Source of the DNA: Lytechinus pictus
Taxonomy: Eukaryota
Direction: 5' to 3'
Assembly (NCBI RefSeq): GCF_037042905.1
Contig: NC_087263.1
Span: 14,324,001-14,388,000 of the forward strand
DNA: 64,000 bases
Part shown: one piece after another, positions 1 to 13,405 of the stretch
Layout: the number at the start of each line of letters is the position of its first letter
How positions within the stretch are numbered: the stretch's first letter is position 1
Program-made: the position numbers and the translations under genes
Notes under the pieces: generated by a model
Database searches by the model: none
What the model saw: only the letters and a program-made list of their open reading frames with translations
What the model was told of the DNA's origin: nothing

Positions 1-281
1 CTTTTCTCCAAGAGATGACGATCTACAACAGAAGGCTGAAGATATTCATTCGACCCAACCCATTCTCATTTTTTTAATTTGTAAGTTGATTACAAAAAAA
101 AATATGTATAATGATTAGACTGATTCTAGAAACAGAGAATGGGCAACCATTGAACATATTTTGTGCAAATAAAAGAAAAATACAGGTGTCACTCAGCTTT
201 CGGAACTATTTTATTGGCGGAGGATTTAGGACTGAGTATAATATATGAATAAGATCTGCTCATGAGATGCTTTAACCAGTT

Positions 282-1962
282 GCCCCCTAAATGTGCATGC
301 GCCGGGTCAAGCTAGTGTTTATCTGGTTGCCCGAGTCGAGTTCTCCAAGTTAGGGTACGTGGTTACCCTGGCTAGGCCGTCGGGATATCCCTGGGGGCCC
401 CTTGAAAAAATACTTTTAATTTTTAAAATGCGATAAATATCCCTTTATTCCCTTTACTTTTGTTAATTTGAGCCCCCTAAATGTGCATGCACCGGGTCAA
501 GCTAGTGTTTACCTGGTTGCCCGAGTCGAGTTCTACAAGTTAGGATACGTGGTTACCCTGGCTAGGCCGTCGGGATATCCCTGGGGGCCCCTTGAAAAAT
601 TACTTTATTTTAATTTTAAAAATGCGATAAATAGCCCTTTATTCCCTTTACTTTTGTTAATTTGAGCCCCCTAAATGTGCATGCACCGGGTCAAGCTAGT
701 GTTTACCTGGTTGCCCGAGTCGAGTTCTACAAGTTAGGATACGTGGTTACCCTGGCTAGGCCGTCGGGATATCCCTGGTGGCCCCTTGAAAAATTACTTT
801 ATTTTAATTTTAAAAATGCGATAAATAGCCCTTTATTCCCTTTAATTTTGTTAAATTTAGCCCTCTAATGTGCATGCGCCGGGTCAAGTCAGTGTTTATC
901 TGGTTGCCCGAGTCGAGTTCTACAAGTTAGGGTACGTGGTTACCCTGGCTAGGCCGTCGGGATATCCCTGGGGGCCCCTTGAAAAATACTTTATTTTAAT
1001 TTTAAAAATACGATAAATAGCCCTTTATTCCCTTTAATTTTGTTAATTTGAGCCCCCTAAATGTACATGCGCCGGGTCAAGTCAGTGTTTATCTGGTTGC
1101 CCGAGTCGAGTTCTACAAGTTAGGGTACGTGGTTACCCTGGCTAGGCCGTCGGGATATCACTGGGGGCCCCTTGAAAAATACTTTATTTTAATTTTTAAA
1201 ATGCGATAAATAGCCCTTTATTCCCTTTAATTTTGTTAATTTGAGCCCCCTAAATGTACATGCGCCGGGTCAAGTCAGTGTTTATCTGGTTGCCCGAGTC
1301 GAGTTCTACAAGTTAGGGTACGTGGTTACCCAGGCTAGGCCGTCGGGATATCCCTGGGTGCCCCTTGAAAAATACTTTATTTTAATTTTAAAAATGCGAT
1401 AAATAGCTAGCCCTTTATTCCCTTTAATTTTGTTAATTTGAGCCCCCTAAATGTGCATGCGCCGGGTCAAGTCAGTGTTTATCTGGTTGCCCGAGTCGAG
1501 TTCTACAAGTTAGGATACGTGGTTACCCTGGCTAGGCCGTCGGGATATCCCTGGTGGCCCCTTGAAAAATTATTTTATTTTAATTTTAAAAATGCGATAA
1601 ATAGCCCTTTATTCCCTTTAATTTTGTTAATTTGAGCCCCCTAAATGTGCATGCACCGGGTCAAGCTAGTGTTTACCTGGTTGCCCGAGTCGAGTTCTAC
1701 AAGTTAGGATACGTGGTTACCCTGGCTAGGCCGTCGGGATATCCCTGGTGGCCCCTTGAAAAATTACTTTATTTTAATTTTAAAAATGCGATAAATAGCC
1801 CTTTATTCCCTTTAATTTTGTTAAATTTAGCCCTCTAATGTGCATGCGCCGGGTCAAGTCAGTGTTTATCTGGTTGCCCGAGTCGAGTTCTACAAGTTAG
1901 GGTACGTGGTTACCCTGGCTAGGCCGTCGGGATATCCCTGCATGGGGGCCCCTTGAAAAATT
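282..1962. repeat. Tandem array, ~194-bp unit, ~8.7 copies
   Basis: Unit starting gccccctaaatgtgcatgc recurs at ~282, 472, 666, 860, 1052, 1245, 1442, 1636, 1830; near-identical ORF translations at 468/662/1438/1632 reflect the repeat. Confidence 0.97.
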
Positions 1963-2102
1963 ACACACACACCGCAAAAAATAGCCGGTGCCCCCCCCCC
2001 TGAAAAAGCAAGGACCCCCCAGTCCCCCCCCCCCCCGGGAAAAAAATCCTAGCTACGCCACTGTCTGCGAAGGTCCGAAAACGCTGGAAAAAGCCATGTT
2101 AA

Positions 2103-2685
2103 AGGAGAATGAAACTCTTGGAGCAAGTTAGCTTTTGTGAAAGCAGAAAAATCAAAGAATAAGATCAACAAAACTTTGAGTAAAATAGGACTAGCAATAA
2201 AAGAGTTATGAGCATTTGAATGTCGAGATCACTAATGCTATGGAGATCCTCCCATTGGCAATGCGACCAAGATCTGTGATGTCACACACGTACAACTCTC
2301 CCATTCGGACACTGAAAATATACCCCAAAACATCTCTTTTTGCTCATTCTAATCATATGACAAACGATTCATCAATGATATAATGTTGTGAAACCTCTGT
2401 ACTTGTCATCTCATAAAGAAAACACCTAACCTTGTGATAGACTCTATAAAAGTGAGAATATAAGTGAAATAAGTACTAAAGTAATGAGGGAGTTGTACGT
2501 GTGTGATATCACAGATCTTGGTCGCATTGCCGATGGGAGGATCTACATGGCACTAGTGATCTCAATATTCAAATGCTCATAACTTTCTTATTATTCATTC
2601 AATCTTCCTCAAACTTTCAACAATATGTTTCTTTGATTTTTCTCTTTGATATGGATTCAGCTAGTTTCAAGGGTTTCATTCTCCT
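2103..2685 (+). mobile_element. Kolobok/T2-like MITE (583 bp), copy 1
   Basis: TTAA|AGGAGAATGAAAC ... GTTTCATTCTCCT|TTAA; long internal inverted arms; near-identical copy in opposite orientation at 59734-60317. Confidence 0.88.
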
Positions 2686-4047
2686 TTAAAGTGAAATTTT
2701 GTTGCACGTGGTCTTATCATGCATGCACTGCACTGCGTGCACGTGTGTTGGCTGTTGGCTGTGCGAAAGACGAAATCAGAGAGCAGGAAGTGGAAAGCGA
2801 ACTACCCGGTTTCGTTTTCGCTGTCTGCGTTTTTCCAAACAGAATCAGGGGGTAGAAAGCGTGTTCTGATTTTGTTTTTAATATATAACAAACACAGGTA
2901 TAGAATGAGGTATCAGAGAGGACCAAAAGTATTTCTGATTTCATTCTTCTGTTTTTGATCTCCAAAAATGAAATCACAACGGGGTTTTTCTCGTTGTGAT
3001 TTCGTTTTTGTGTTTTCAAAGACCAATCCATGAGGTTGACTTCCGTTTTTGCTCTACGAAAATCAGGAATGAAAAACGAATTATCCATTAGTACCCTGAT
3101 TGTTCTGTTCCTATATTTCCTTCGATTTCGTAGAAAGCGTGTGTAAATACGGAATATGCCTTGGACGTGCAGGCCCCTGTAATGCACACTTTCAAAGAAT
3201 CAGATACCGCGGACATGTCAAATCCTTGGTCAAACGTGCTTCGTGCAGTGACCATCACGACAATGACGTTATGCATGTTCAGCCCGGCTACCCCCACTTC
3301 TTTCAAATTGCGGTGATTTGGGTTTGTGTGTGTATATGAGAGATTTTTTCCTTTCTCTCATATATTTCGTTTCTCTCTTTATTACTTCCTCAGTGTATGG
3401 AAGGCTAGGCAAGCAGGACGGGAGGCGTGTAAGGATGCTTGTGAAAGGGAAAGAAAATGGCTATTCGTATTTCTTTCTTCCTTCCTTCCTTTCTTTTTTT
3501 TCTTTCTTTCTTATTTTCTTTCTTTCTTTCTTCCTGTTTAGTTACATTTTATTATACACAACTTTTCCTTTTCTAATTCCGTTCACTAAACTGTTATCAC
3601 GTTTTTTGATTTGCTCATTATGATTCATATCACGTGTTGTATGATGTCTTTATTTATGATACTCTTGAAAAAAAGAAGGAAAAATAATAACTGTGCGTCC
3701 TATATAGACTACCTCTATCAGTAAATTACAGCCTCCACCTACAATACCGCGTGCTCTGTTTTTTGTAATATATAGCCTACTATTCCGTTTCTTTTATTTT
3801 GAGGCCAGCTATAATAAAGGTTACGAGTCAATCAATGACATGTCAAGCTGCCTACGTGCTTGGGTCGAAGAACATCACGAATATTGTTATTTTTTGGGGA
3901 TTTCATTTCATCTTTCGTTCCAATGGGGTGTATGGCTTTACGATTTAAAAAATCTGCTCGCGGGCGAGCATAAATGTAATTTTTTGAAAGTATATTCATG
4001 ATTATTATTATACCTCACCCTTTTTCTTTTTTCTGTCTTTATTTTCT

Positions 4048-4963
4048 CCCCCGGGGGGGGGGGGGGCACTCGACCAAAAAAAGTGGTAGGGGTGTGCCGC
4101 TGGCGAGACTAAAAACGGGGTCTTGGAGCGGGCTTATTGTAAAGAGGAGGGCCCTCGGAACGGGCTTTTGGAACTACAAATGTTTGTGAAAATGGGGGTC
4201 CTTGGAACGGATCGCCAGCGTGTGAGTGCGTATCATGATTGGCGGCGGAAGCAAAAAAATTAGGGGAGGTCGATCCACCTGAAATTTTGGGATGGACACA
4301 GGTAAAATTTGACAAGCCCCCTCCCCCTCCCCAAAAAAAGGTTATCAACCTAAATTTTAGGAAAGTGGATCACCCAAATTGTTTGACAAGGAAAATGAAA
4401 AAAAGGTCATCATCCTACATTTTAGGGGGGGGGGCACAAACATTTCAGGGGGGTCCACGTGAATTTAAGGGGGGACGCACGAAACAAAATTGACAAGCAA
4501 AAAAAAAAAAGGTTATCAACAAAAAATTTGGGGGGAACCGTCCCCCCCCACCTCAAGTCCCCCCTGTCCTCCACCCCCCCCCCCGCTTTTATGGTGCGTA
4601 TGTATCCCTATGGAACGGGCATGCGTGCATGATGCAGCGAGTCCGGCGGGCGCCGAGTGCGCTCGCGTAGAGGTGGTCGGACAGCGCTCTGCGGCCGCTT
4701 TTTACCAAAATTGCAGCTTATTGTAGCAGATCAATGCGACCGGAACGGCGTAACGAAAAATATGCGAAGTTTTCGAGCGGATTTCTTTCTTCTTTTTTTC
4801 TCGATAAGAAGAAAAATGCTATGCTTTGGAGCGGCTTTCTTTGTTCTTTTCTCAATAACACAAAAATGCTATGCCTTGGAACGGAAATTTGAGTGTCAAA
4901 AAATGGGGGTCCCCTTCGCGGCACATACCCACTATGCATTATATACTGAGTGCCCCCCCCCCC
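4048..4963. mobile_element. MITE with poly-G/poly-C ends, containing a nested hAT-like MITE (~4237-4600)
   Basis: Ends cccccggggg..ggggcactc / gagtgccccccc; nested part matches 26775-27045 (attggcggcggaagc, gacaagcaaaaaaaaaaggttatcaac). Confidence 0.6.
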
Positions 4964-5382
4964 ATCCTTCTTTCTTGGAGGTACAGCTTTTAGAGGGGAC
5001 CGTGAGTCCTGAGCCCTTTCTGTACGCCCATGTATAGGGGGTCGAGTATATACTTGAGTAAACTAAATTTAGTCCTACGAGCGCGTGAGCTGCAATAAAA
5101 AAAAACAACTGACTGACAATAGTGCTAATGTTTAGTAAGCATGCTTATTCGCGCCGTCTCCGGGAAGGGGCAGGTTGTGGCGGAGGGGGGGGGTGAGGTA
5201 ATTGGTTGCCGAAAGATATGAGTCATTAGGCTTTAGTGTTCCTCATCACCAAGAACAAAATATCTCGAATATTGTTCGGAGCACAAACTGACTTTTGTTC
5301 AAGATTTAGACATAAAACAGGGACATTCTAGCCACTATTTATAACCATAATATGATTTGGAAGAGTATCATGCTCAATAAAT

Positions 5383-6197
5383 GAAGAGCCCACTTGCAAA
5401 AGGGGTTAGGTCCATTTTTCATCAAATATGATTTTTTTTTTTGGTCTCAATGTATAGATTTGTAGTAGCTCTATAAGGTGATTCCAAAAAAAGTTGAAAT
5501 TTCCATTAAAAAGTGATCTAATGACAAAGAAAAATCACTTTTTTTTAAGGGGTTAGGTCCATTTCAGTTTAGTTGCAAAAGGGGTTAGGTCCACACAGAA
5601 TTTTTTTAAAGATATGAAGACTGGTTGATTTCTTTTATATCCAATTTTATGTTCTCATGGTAGGGTATCACAAACATTAGATTTCGCATAAGAATATTGA
5701 AATAGGGGAGAATAAAAAAAAATAATAAATTTCTTGGAGTTGACCTATAACCCCTTTTGCAAACAAACTATTCTGAAGAGCTCATTTGTCAAAAGGGGTT
5801 AGGTCCATTGTTCATTATTTGTTTTGTTTTCTGTCTCGAATCCTCTAAAATTTTAGTCGTTCCGATGAAAACAACGAAATTTTGAAATTCGAATCATATG
5901 AAAACGTGAATAAAAGTGGCAAAAATAAATCACCTTTTTAATCAAAATAGATTGGATTCATTCCAGTTTAGTAGCAAAAGGGGTTAGGTCCACAATGATA
6001 ATTTTTAAAAGAATATATAGAAAAAAATTGAAGACAGGTAGATTTACTTCATACCTAATTTTATGTTCACATGATAGGGTAGTACATCATGACAATTTAG
6101 TTCCTCATAAGAGTATTGCAGTAAGTGAGAATAAAAAACATGGTTTTTCTCGGAATGGTAAAAAGTGGACCTAACCCCTTTTGCAACTAAACTCTTC
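5383..6197. mobile_element. Head-to-tail dimer of a ~400-bp TIR element with aaaaggggttaggtcc subterminal repeats
   Basis: Outer termini gaagag..gcaaaaggggttaggtcc / ggacctaaccccttttgcaactaaactcttc, flanked by aaat on both sides; second unit restarts with gaagag at 5775. Confidence 0.65.
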
Positions 6198-7859
6198 AAA
6201 TAATGCGAGCGCGAAGCGCTATCTTATTTTTTTATATTCAGTCTGACATGAAAATTGTAGATTTTAATCACAATCTATGTATGTCGATGAGTAATCAATG
6301 ACAGCGCATAAGATAAAGCATAAGATAATAGTTTTTATACAAACCCGAGCATTTAATTTTCACGTACATGTAATGGATGATACGTCGAGCGCGACAGCCC
6401 TGCATGAACTGTCATCGGTTTTCATGGATGAAAAAAAAACCTTTCATGCACTCTTTTAAATTTCACTTCTCATTTCTTTTTTATATATTCTCCACCCTTT
6501 TACAACATGAACCTGAATAAAGGAAACTTCGAGAAAATTTAAAAGGGTGGTGAAATAAACGGAACACAAAAAGCAGGCCATGCAATGCGCTTACTTGCGT
6601 GGATGTGTACATCTCAAAATGATAATATCATGTATAAAAATATAAACATGAGGATATTATTTCATTTCATCTTGGATTAAAAAAAAAAAAAAATTCGCAG
6701 TTAGTATCACTTCCCGAAAGGAATGTTTTCATTCAATAGCAATACATTAGAAGAAAAATTGATTTCGAGAAAAATAATGAGAAAAACAATATAAATGGTC
6801 ATTAGTGCGTAAATCCGATATCCATCACTTCCAACGTCATGATAATTACGTACATTATTATTACTATTATTAATACACCATCGTTATCATTATTATTATA
6901 TTGGGGGATATATACCCCACCCACCCCCGGGATCGAAACCTATATCTGTTATAGTCAAATAACAGAACGTTCCATCATTGTTTCCGCTCACCACACATGG
7001 TATTTCGTCATTATTTTATCATTTATCAATGATATGAACTATCATGACTAAAATTTTTGTCTACCATGTAGATATTTTGTTTCAATTATATTATGTTGAA
7101 ATCGCTGGATTACAGATGGGGTGAGGGCCATGGACACCTCCCCCGGCCCATAAAAAAAATCACCGTTAAGAAAACAGAAGAGAATAGGAAAGAACTGAGA
7201 GACAATAGGAAATAAATTATCATCTCAATAATAGGTCAAAATCTATCACAATCAGTGTTTTGTTATGAGGAATGTCAAGACATTTGCCCGATACGCCATT
7301 CTGTCCAACTCAATTTTTGCCCATTTTACGCTATTGGTCACTTATCATTGTCAATTTGGAATTAATGAGTTCTTGATTAATTCAGTATTGTTTTTATCTT
7401 TCTGTATTTTCGTTGCTATACAATTCCTATATCCGGTTGTGTCTATAGTCTTCATGAGGTGGTTTCAGACCGCCTCGAAGTTCGCCAGTTCCAGGTATTC
7501 TCTGATCGGGAAATTTACCCCGATCAGAAAATACCAGGGCCCGTATTCCATAAACGAGATAAGCATGCTTAAGTCAAAAATCTAAGCATTTTGTCTTAGT
7601 TTTCTGTCTAAGACAAAATTCTTAGCCAAAACGCGTATTCCATAAAGAATTGGCTAAGAATTTTGTCTAGGAATTTGGCTAAGAATTTTTGCGCGACTAA
7701 GACAGATTTAGGATGAATGGCTAAGTAACTTTTCTTAAATATGCAGAGTCTGTATTTCATAAATTCTACATGGCTAAGAATTCTGCCCTAACTTTAAGAC
7801 AGTTGTGAGTTGTCTTAACTGCTTTAAGACAACGTTTAAATCAAACAAATCATGGCCAA

Positions 7860-8480
7860 TTTTTTTTTAGAATTTATACCTATATTGCATTTCGAGCTAC
7901 TTCCTCAGTTTTTAACCAATTATCATGAAATTTGGAACACGTATTGGTCTTAAGGTAAGGAGGTATAAGAATTTTTTTTTGCTTTTTCAGAAATTGTGTT
8001 GCCATGGTAACAGTATATTATGGCCAAAATTTAAAATTTAAATTACTTCATCGGTTTTCTACCAATTCTCATGAAAGTTGGCTCACACATTGGATTTGAG
8101 GAAAAGATGTGCAAGACACAATTTTGCATGTGTCGGAAATTGTGTTGCCATGGTAACAGTATATTATGGCAAAAATTATGTATAAATCTTGCTATTCCAA
8201 CTACTTCCTCAGTTTTTAACCAATTCTCATGAAATGTGGCACAAACATTAGTCTTGATGTGAAGATGTGCAAAACATATTTTATGCCTATATACAAAAAT
8301 TGCGTTGCCATGGTAACAACATAAACGACAATTAGGTGAAAAATTTGTGGTTTTAACAAGTTTACAATATTTCAACCACTTCTCATGATGTTTGCCACAG
8401 ACATAAGTCTTGAGGTAAAGATGTGCAAGACACATTTTCGCATTCATCAAAATATGTGTTTGTATGATAACTACATGTAT
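7860..8480. repeat. Diverged internal tandem repeat with gttgccatggtaac motifs
   Basis: gttgccatggtaac at ~7998, 8144, 8304; accaattctcatgaaa-like blocks recur. Confidence 0.7.
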
Positions 8481-8609
8481 ACGCCAAAAAAGATTAAGAC
8501 AATGGTCAATGCTAACTTTTGTTTGGCTACATAGAGAACTACATGTAGCTGAGGGCTTAGTTCTAGTTTTTTTTTTTTTTTTGGGGGGGGGGGGGCTAGA
8601 CCTCAAGAT

Positions 8610-9860
8610 TTCGAACTACAGCCCCTAGTTTAGATCTAAGCCTAGATCAAGATTCTTTAGTCCTAGAAATAACCCAATGCTAGATCCCTAGCCTACTTCC
8701 TTTCTCAGGCCTAACGTTACTTAGATGAGTAGAACTAGACTAGATCTAGCCTACATTTACTATTTTTAGATCTAGAATCTACATTGAGATAGAGTCTACA
8801 AGTCTCTAGATCTACACCTATTACTATGACCCTATGTACACCTAGATTGGTATAGTTCTAGATCTAGATAGGGTCTAACTTTTACTAGTCTAAGTGAGTA
8901 AGTCATTTAGTCTAGATCTAGGCCTAGGTTAGAGATTTCTAGATCAAACAGTAGACTAGATCAGCCAGTCCTAACGTTAGGGCTACCGGATAGGCTAGAA
9001 ATAATATCTAGAATGAATAGAAGAAAGCACAGGCTAGGCCGCCTAGGCCCTAGATCTAAATTCTTATATAAATCTAGGCCCTAGTCTAGACTGAGCTGTT
9101 GCCAGTGTTGGTCTAGGTTTAGGCCTGTTTTCTAGTCCTGAAAACCTAGATCTAAACAAGTCCTCAAAATGTATAAAATAAAAACTCCAAACAAACAGAT
9201 GGACCTAAAGCAGGAGTAGATCTAGATAGATGTCTAGACTACTAGGCCTACTAGGACTAGATCTAATTTTAGGCATAGTTGGCAAGCAATGCATAGCGAT
9301 ATATCTAGCACTGTTGACAGGAATAACCGTCGTTTCTGGGGATTTATTTAAAAGTTTCTGACATTTACTGTCATATCACATTGGTGAGACTATAGGCCAA
9401 CGTAACGTTAGACTGTTTAGTGTCGTACTCGTAATACTAAAATAGCGGAACAACCAAAATACAGTCGGAGACTGAAGCTTTTGGTCTAAGTCAGATCTAT
9501 TCTAGACCTACATGTAGATCTAGATAGATCTATCCCTGTCTTAAGGCTAAGCCAGGCTAAGTCCTGCATGTTCTAGGCCTAGACCAATACTAATATAGGT
9601 CTATCGTTAGATCTAGGCCTAGTATGTAGCTTCAGTCTCAGTTGCTCCACTACGGCACTAGACTAACAAAGTTACGTTTTGCTTCAGCCTTCAGGAAAGT
9701 AAAAAGTAAAAACAATGTTCAATTCTCCTCCAAACAGACGGATATTACTTATTAGTTGTAGATCTTGGGCCTAGGCTAGATCTAGGCCTAATGTTAGACC
9801 CAAGACTAGTCTCAAAAGTTACAAATGTTTTCCCTTAGACCTAGGCCTAGGTCTACTTCA
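8610..9860. other. Non-periodic tract saturated with CTAG/AGATCT/AGGCCT short palindromes
   Basis: Dense tagatctaga, ggcctaggcc and ctagactag words without a fixed period; a similar tract lies at ~50300-51260. Confidence 0.75.
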
Positions 9861-12800
9861 ACTGAAGTAGAATAAAGATGTCGAGAGGAATCTACCCTAT
9901 CCCATTTAGATTTTGACAAACAATACATGAAAAGTAATGAATGGGACTGATACATAAAAAACTGTGCAAGTCACTCGGTTTGGGATTGAAATGTTTTGGT
10001 AATTAACAAAATATAGAATACTCTGAATAAAGAATTCTTACCATATATGGGTGATGAATGCTCTTCTTTTACTACAATAGTTGTAATTAGTTTCAATAAA
10101 ATCAAACTTGTTAAGAAAAAACAACTTCAATGACATTTTTGCTATTTTGTTGCAGTCACCCCTGCAGCAGTTTAGAAGGTCATAGAATTTGACTTTGAGA
10201 CTTTGGCTAAGCCATATCGTCTGACTTGAGACAAATGTCTTAAAGTTTATAGAATATCGTTAGGGAAGATTTCTTAGACAAGCAAAATGCTAAGACAAAT
10301 TGCTAAGACTTAAGCAAAAAGCTTATCTCGTTTATGGAATACGGGCCCAGGTATTTTGGCGGTGTGAAAGCAAACTACGCGTAATATCCCCGAAAGAAAA
10401 TACCCGATAAATAGTAGGTACTTGGCGAAATTACGAGAACTTTCGCGGGGACTTTTCCAAGGTCGTGGGTATTTTGGCGGTCTGAAAGCAAATTACGGGA
10501 ACTTTTAGCCCAGCGTGTCGTTGGGTGCGGCGCCGTGCATGGGTTGCTGCTGGGCTAGTGATTTTGAATTTCGCGCCTTGCTGCTTATCAGACCATACTG
10601 CGCATGCTCGTAACTTCAGGAACTTATCCCGAAGGGTATGTTTCAGGGCGGTGTGAATGCAGGAATAATTAATGGGTATTTTTCAGCCTAAAAAAGTTCT
10701 CGTAATTTAACGGGGATTCTTGTGATCGAGGCGGTTTGAAACCGCCTATATTCACATTTTCAAAGGGACTTTCTTTTATTTCAATATTGTTCTCCAACTC
10801 TTTTTTGGAAGTTTTTTTTCGATTTATTGATTGGATAAACAAAATAAATTTACAATGCATGTAGCATAATCATAATACGGCCTGAAATACAATTGACAAT
10901 GTTTTAACTGTATGAAGATAGGACTTAGACATAAAGAATGTAAAAGCATATAACTATCATGAACAATGCAGAAAATGCAGAGTAAAACTCCAAAAGCAAA
11001 GAAATGCTTGAAACGTATCAGCCAAAAAGGGGGGAGAAGGGCTACACGGAAACTTATGAATTAAATTGGTCCGTAAGAAAAATTTAATGTCACAAATAAT
11101 CAAAGTATTACAGGGGCCACGGAAACGGGGGGAGGGGCTGCGGCCCACGCACTGCAAAAAAACGTAAAAGTTACCATCGGATTATGATTATTTGCATGGG
11201 CAGCCCCCACCCCATCACACTTTCCAATCCGTTTCGCGGCCCTTGAGAAAGGGAAAAAAGTAGGAATCCAAAAGTGAAGTGTGAGCTTTATTTTGGTATA
11301 TGCCTAGATTCAAAGAAATATATCACTTGTGAGTTATTGCCCCGTGGCCGCTGTGCATTCATATACTTCTACATATCGAATTACCGCTCAGTGAGGATTC
11401 ACAAGTATAATTATCATTTTTCTCCTGGAGTTTATGAAAACATAATAGGCAAGAATATTTTCATCGGCAACATGAAAAATGTGCATCTCATATCCGTTAA
11501 ACCTCGGGACCTGCCCATCATTTTCAAACAAGAATGTCATCTTTACTTCCAAAGGTAGGCTTTTCCCGCCCCAAACTATTCTTACAAGCCATATATAGAC
11601 GAGTAAATTTACTTTATCATCAATAATGATTTCAACATTATTTTCCGCCTGAGTTGTAAAATGTTGATGACGCCGTGGAGCTAAAGGCTCGGATATAATA
11701 CAACATTTAATTCGTCTTTCTATATATACTCTAAAAATGCGTTACAGGATAATTATGCCCTTTAATGATAACACCCACTTTTTCATGTATTCTACCATTT
11801 TGATTGTTTTTTGTTGTTGTTTTTGTGTAACTTTCGTTGGTATTTTATTTTGTTTATTTACACCCAGCTATCACTTCGGACCGTCTCGACCTCGTATTCT
11901 TTCGGTTGTGTATTCAATAGTCCAGATACTTCTTTCATTCTCTTTCCCCTATTTCACGACGGCAGCATATCATATTTTGGAACCTATGAATTGAGGGGTT
12001 CGGGTTACTCTACATCTTTTAAACATATAGCAAGATAAAACGCAAAAAAATGCCATGTGATTTTTTTATGGCCAGCCCCCTTCACCCTTTCTGCTCAGCC
12101 CCCACACTTTCAACTCCATGCTGCCACTGCCTTAGCGTTAAATGACCCAACAACTCGACGCAAACAACATTATTTTTTGTGCGAGTGAACTAAGCGAGGG
12201 AATCCAGAAAATTATTCCTTCTTTCATGTCATTGTTTTCTCAATTTCTATTTCTACATCTTTTCTATTTCTATATCTTGGTCACAGATCTTCTTTCTTGA
12301 GGGCGGATGGTCCCCAAGCCCCCGCCCCCAACATGTACGCCATGCAGTGACATTGCATGTACTCTATTTATGTGACGCCCCTTTCCCCTTCTTGATATCA
12401 AAGCCATTTAAACCTCGCAGATTGCCGGTTTTTTAATCAAATCGCAGGTATATACAGAATATAGCTTTTACACATTACATTTATTCAACCCAGTTGAACC
12501 GAATATTTTGAGGTGGCCAAACATAGCAATGTGGGAACATTTGTAAAAAGTCGCCAGCACGCGAGCAAATCGAGCTAGAAAAAATTGCCCATCGAAATTG
12601 ACATTTCATTGTTTCCATTCATTTCATCATACGTTGTCTCCTATAATTTATTTTATTACTTCTTGGGTGTAGAACCACTTGTAGGCCAGTGATTGAACTT
12701 AAAGGAATGGTCCCTACAAGGAGCGTTACAGAGCCATTTGAAGGTTATAGATGAAGAGCTCCTACCGCGTGGGGTCTGGGGCAACTGCCCCGGTAGCTTA

Positions 12801-13405
12801 TTTGAATAAAATTTAGCAAGTTTATAGCACTATGTTGTAAGCAGTCCTTCTTTTTTCCCACTCTTTATTTTCATTCGTCGGCAGCCCGGTTGTGTCATTA
12901 ATTTTTTTTCTTGTCTTTTTTCTTTGATTTCCAATGTAGCTTTTGACTATTTCCATTCCGACCTTCATTTACCGCTATGTTTTCTATTGCATTAAATATA
13001 GGCCTATTTCGGAATGATTTTTTCTTTCTCAAATGTTCTTCTTTCATTCCTTTTCCGTCCGATATCCGTCCTTTTCCATAAAAAAAATCTTCGTTTTCTT
13101 TCACTTTTCTCTTGCCTTTCCCTTTTCCTCCTTTCCTTTTCTTTCCCCTTCCCCTTTCACCCTTATGTTTGTTAAAATATCCCTCCCTTTTCCCCGTTTT
13201 TTTTTTCTTTTTTTTTTCCAGTGAAATCCGTTAGGGGACAGCTTGCCCCCCCCCCCCCCCCCCCCCGCCTGTTACGCCACTGGTCGTGCCGAAACAGAAT
13301 CTACGGTATTGTTTACATAGCAAATCTCAGAATTTCCTTGCTCTATGAAGTTTCAATCTTGGCAGAGGCTGGGACGAGCATGTGGAAGTAGCTAGCGACC
13401 ACATA

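Larger units (their letters stand above)
7538..10347. mobile_element. 2810-bp non-autonomous PIF/Harbinger-like element
   Basis: 27-bp TIR ggcccgtattccataaacgagataagc / gcttatctcgtttatggaatacgggcc; 3-bp TSD cag (7535-7537, 10348-10350) confirmed by the empty site aaaataccaggtatttt in the 13406-13883 copy; no transposase ORF seen. Confidence 0.9.
7457..10747 (+). mobile_element. 478-bp Harbinger-like MITE (AGG...CCT ends) split by a 2.8-kb insertion
   Basis: Halves 7457-7537 and 10351-10747 join to match the reverse complement of the uninterrupted copy at 13406-13883. Confidence 0.9.

Noticed and set aside
468..1838. Four similar 65-68 aa ORFs as a gene family
   Set aside because: They are TTG-started translations of the 194-bp tandem unit; neighbouring units are frameshifted
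5400..6185. Telomere-like repeats (ggggttagg; also ttaacccc at 16300-16810)
   Set aside because: Isolated subterminal motifs of TIR elements, not tandem TTAGGG
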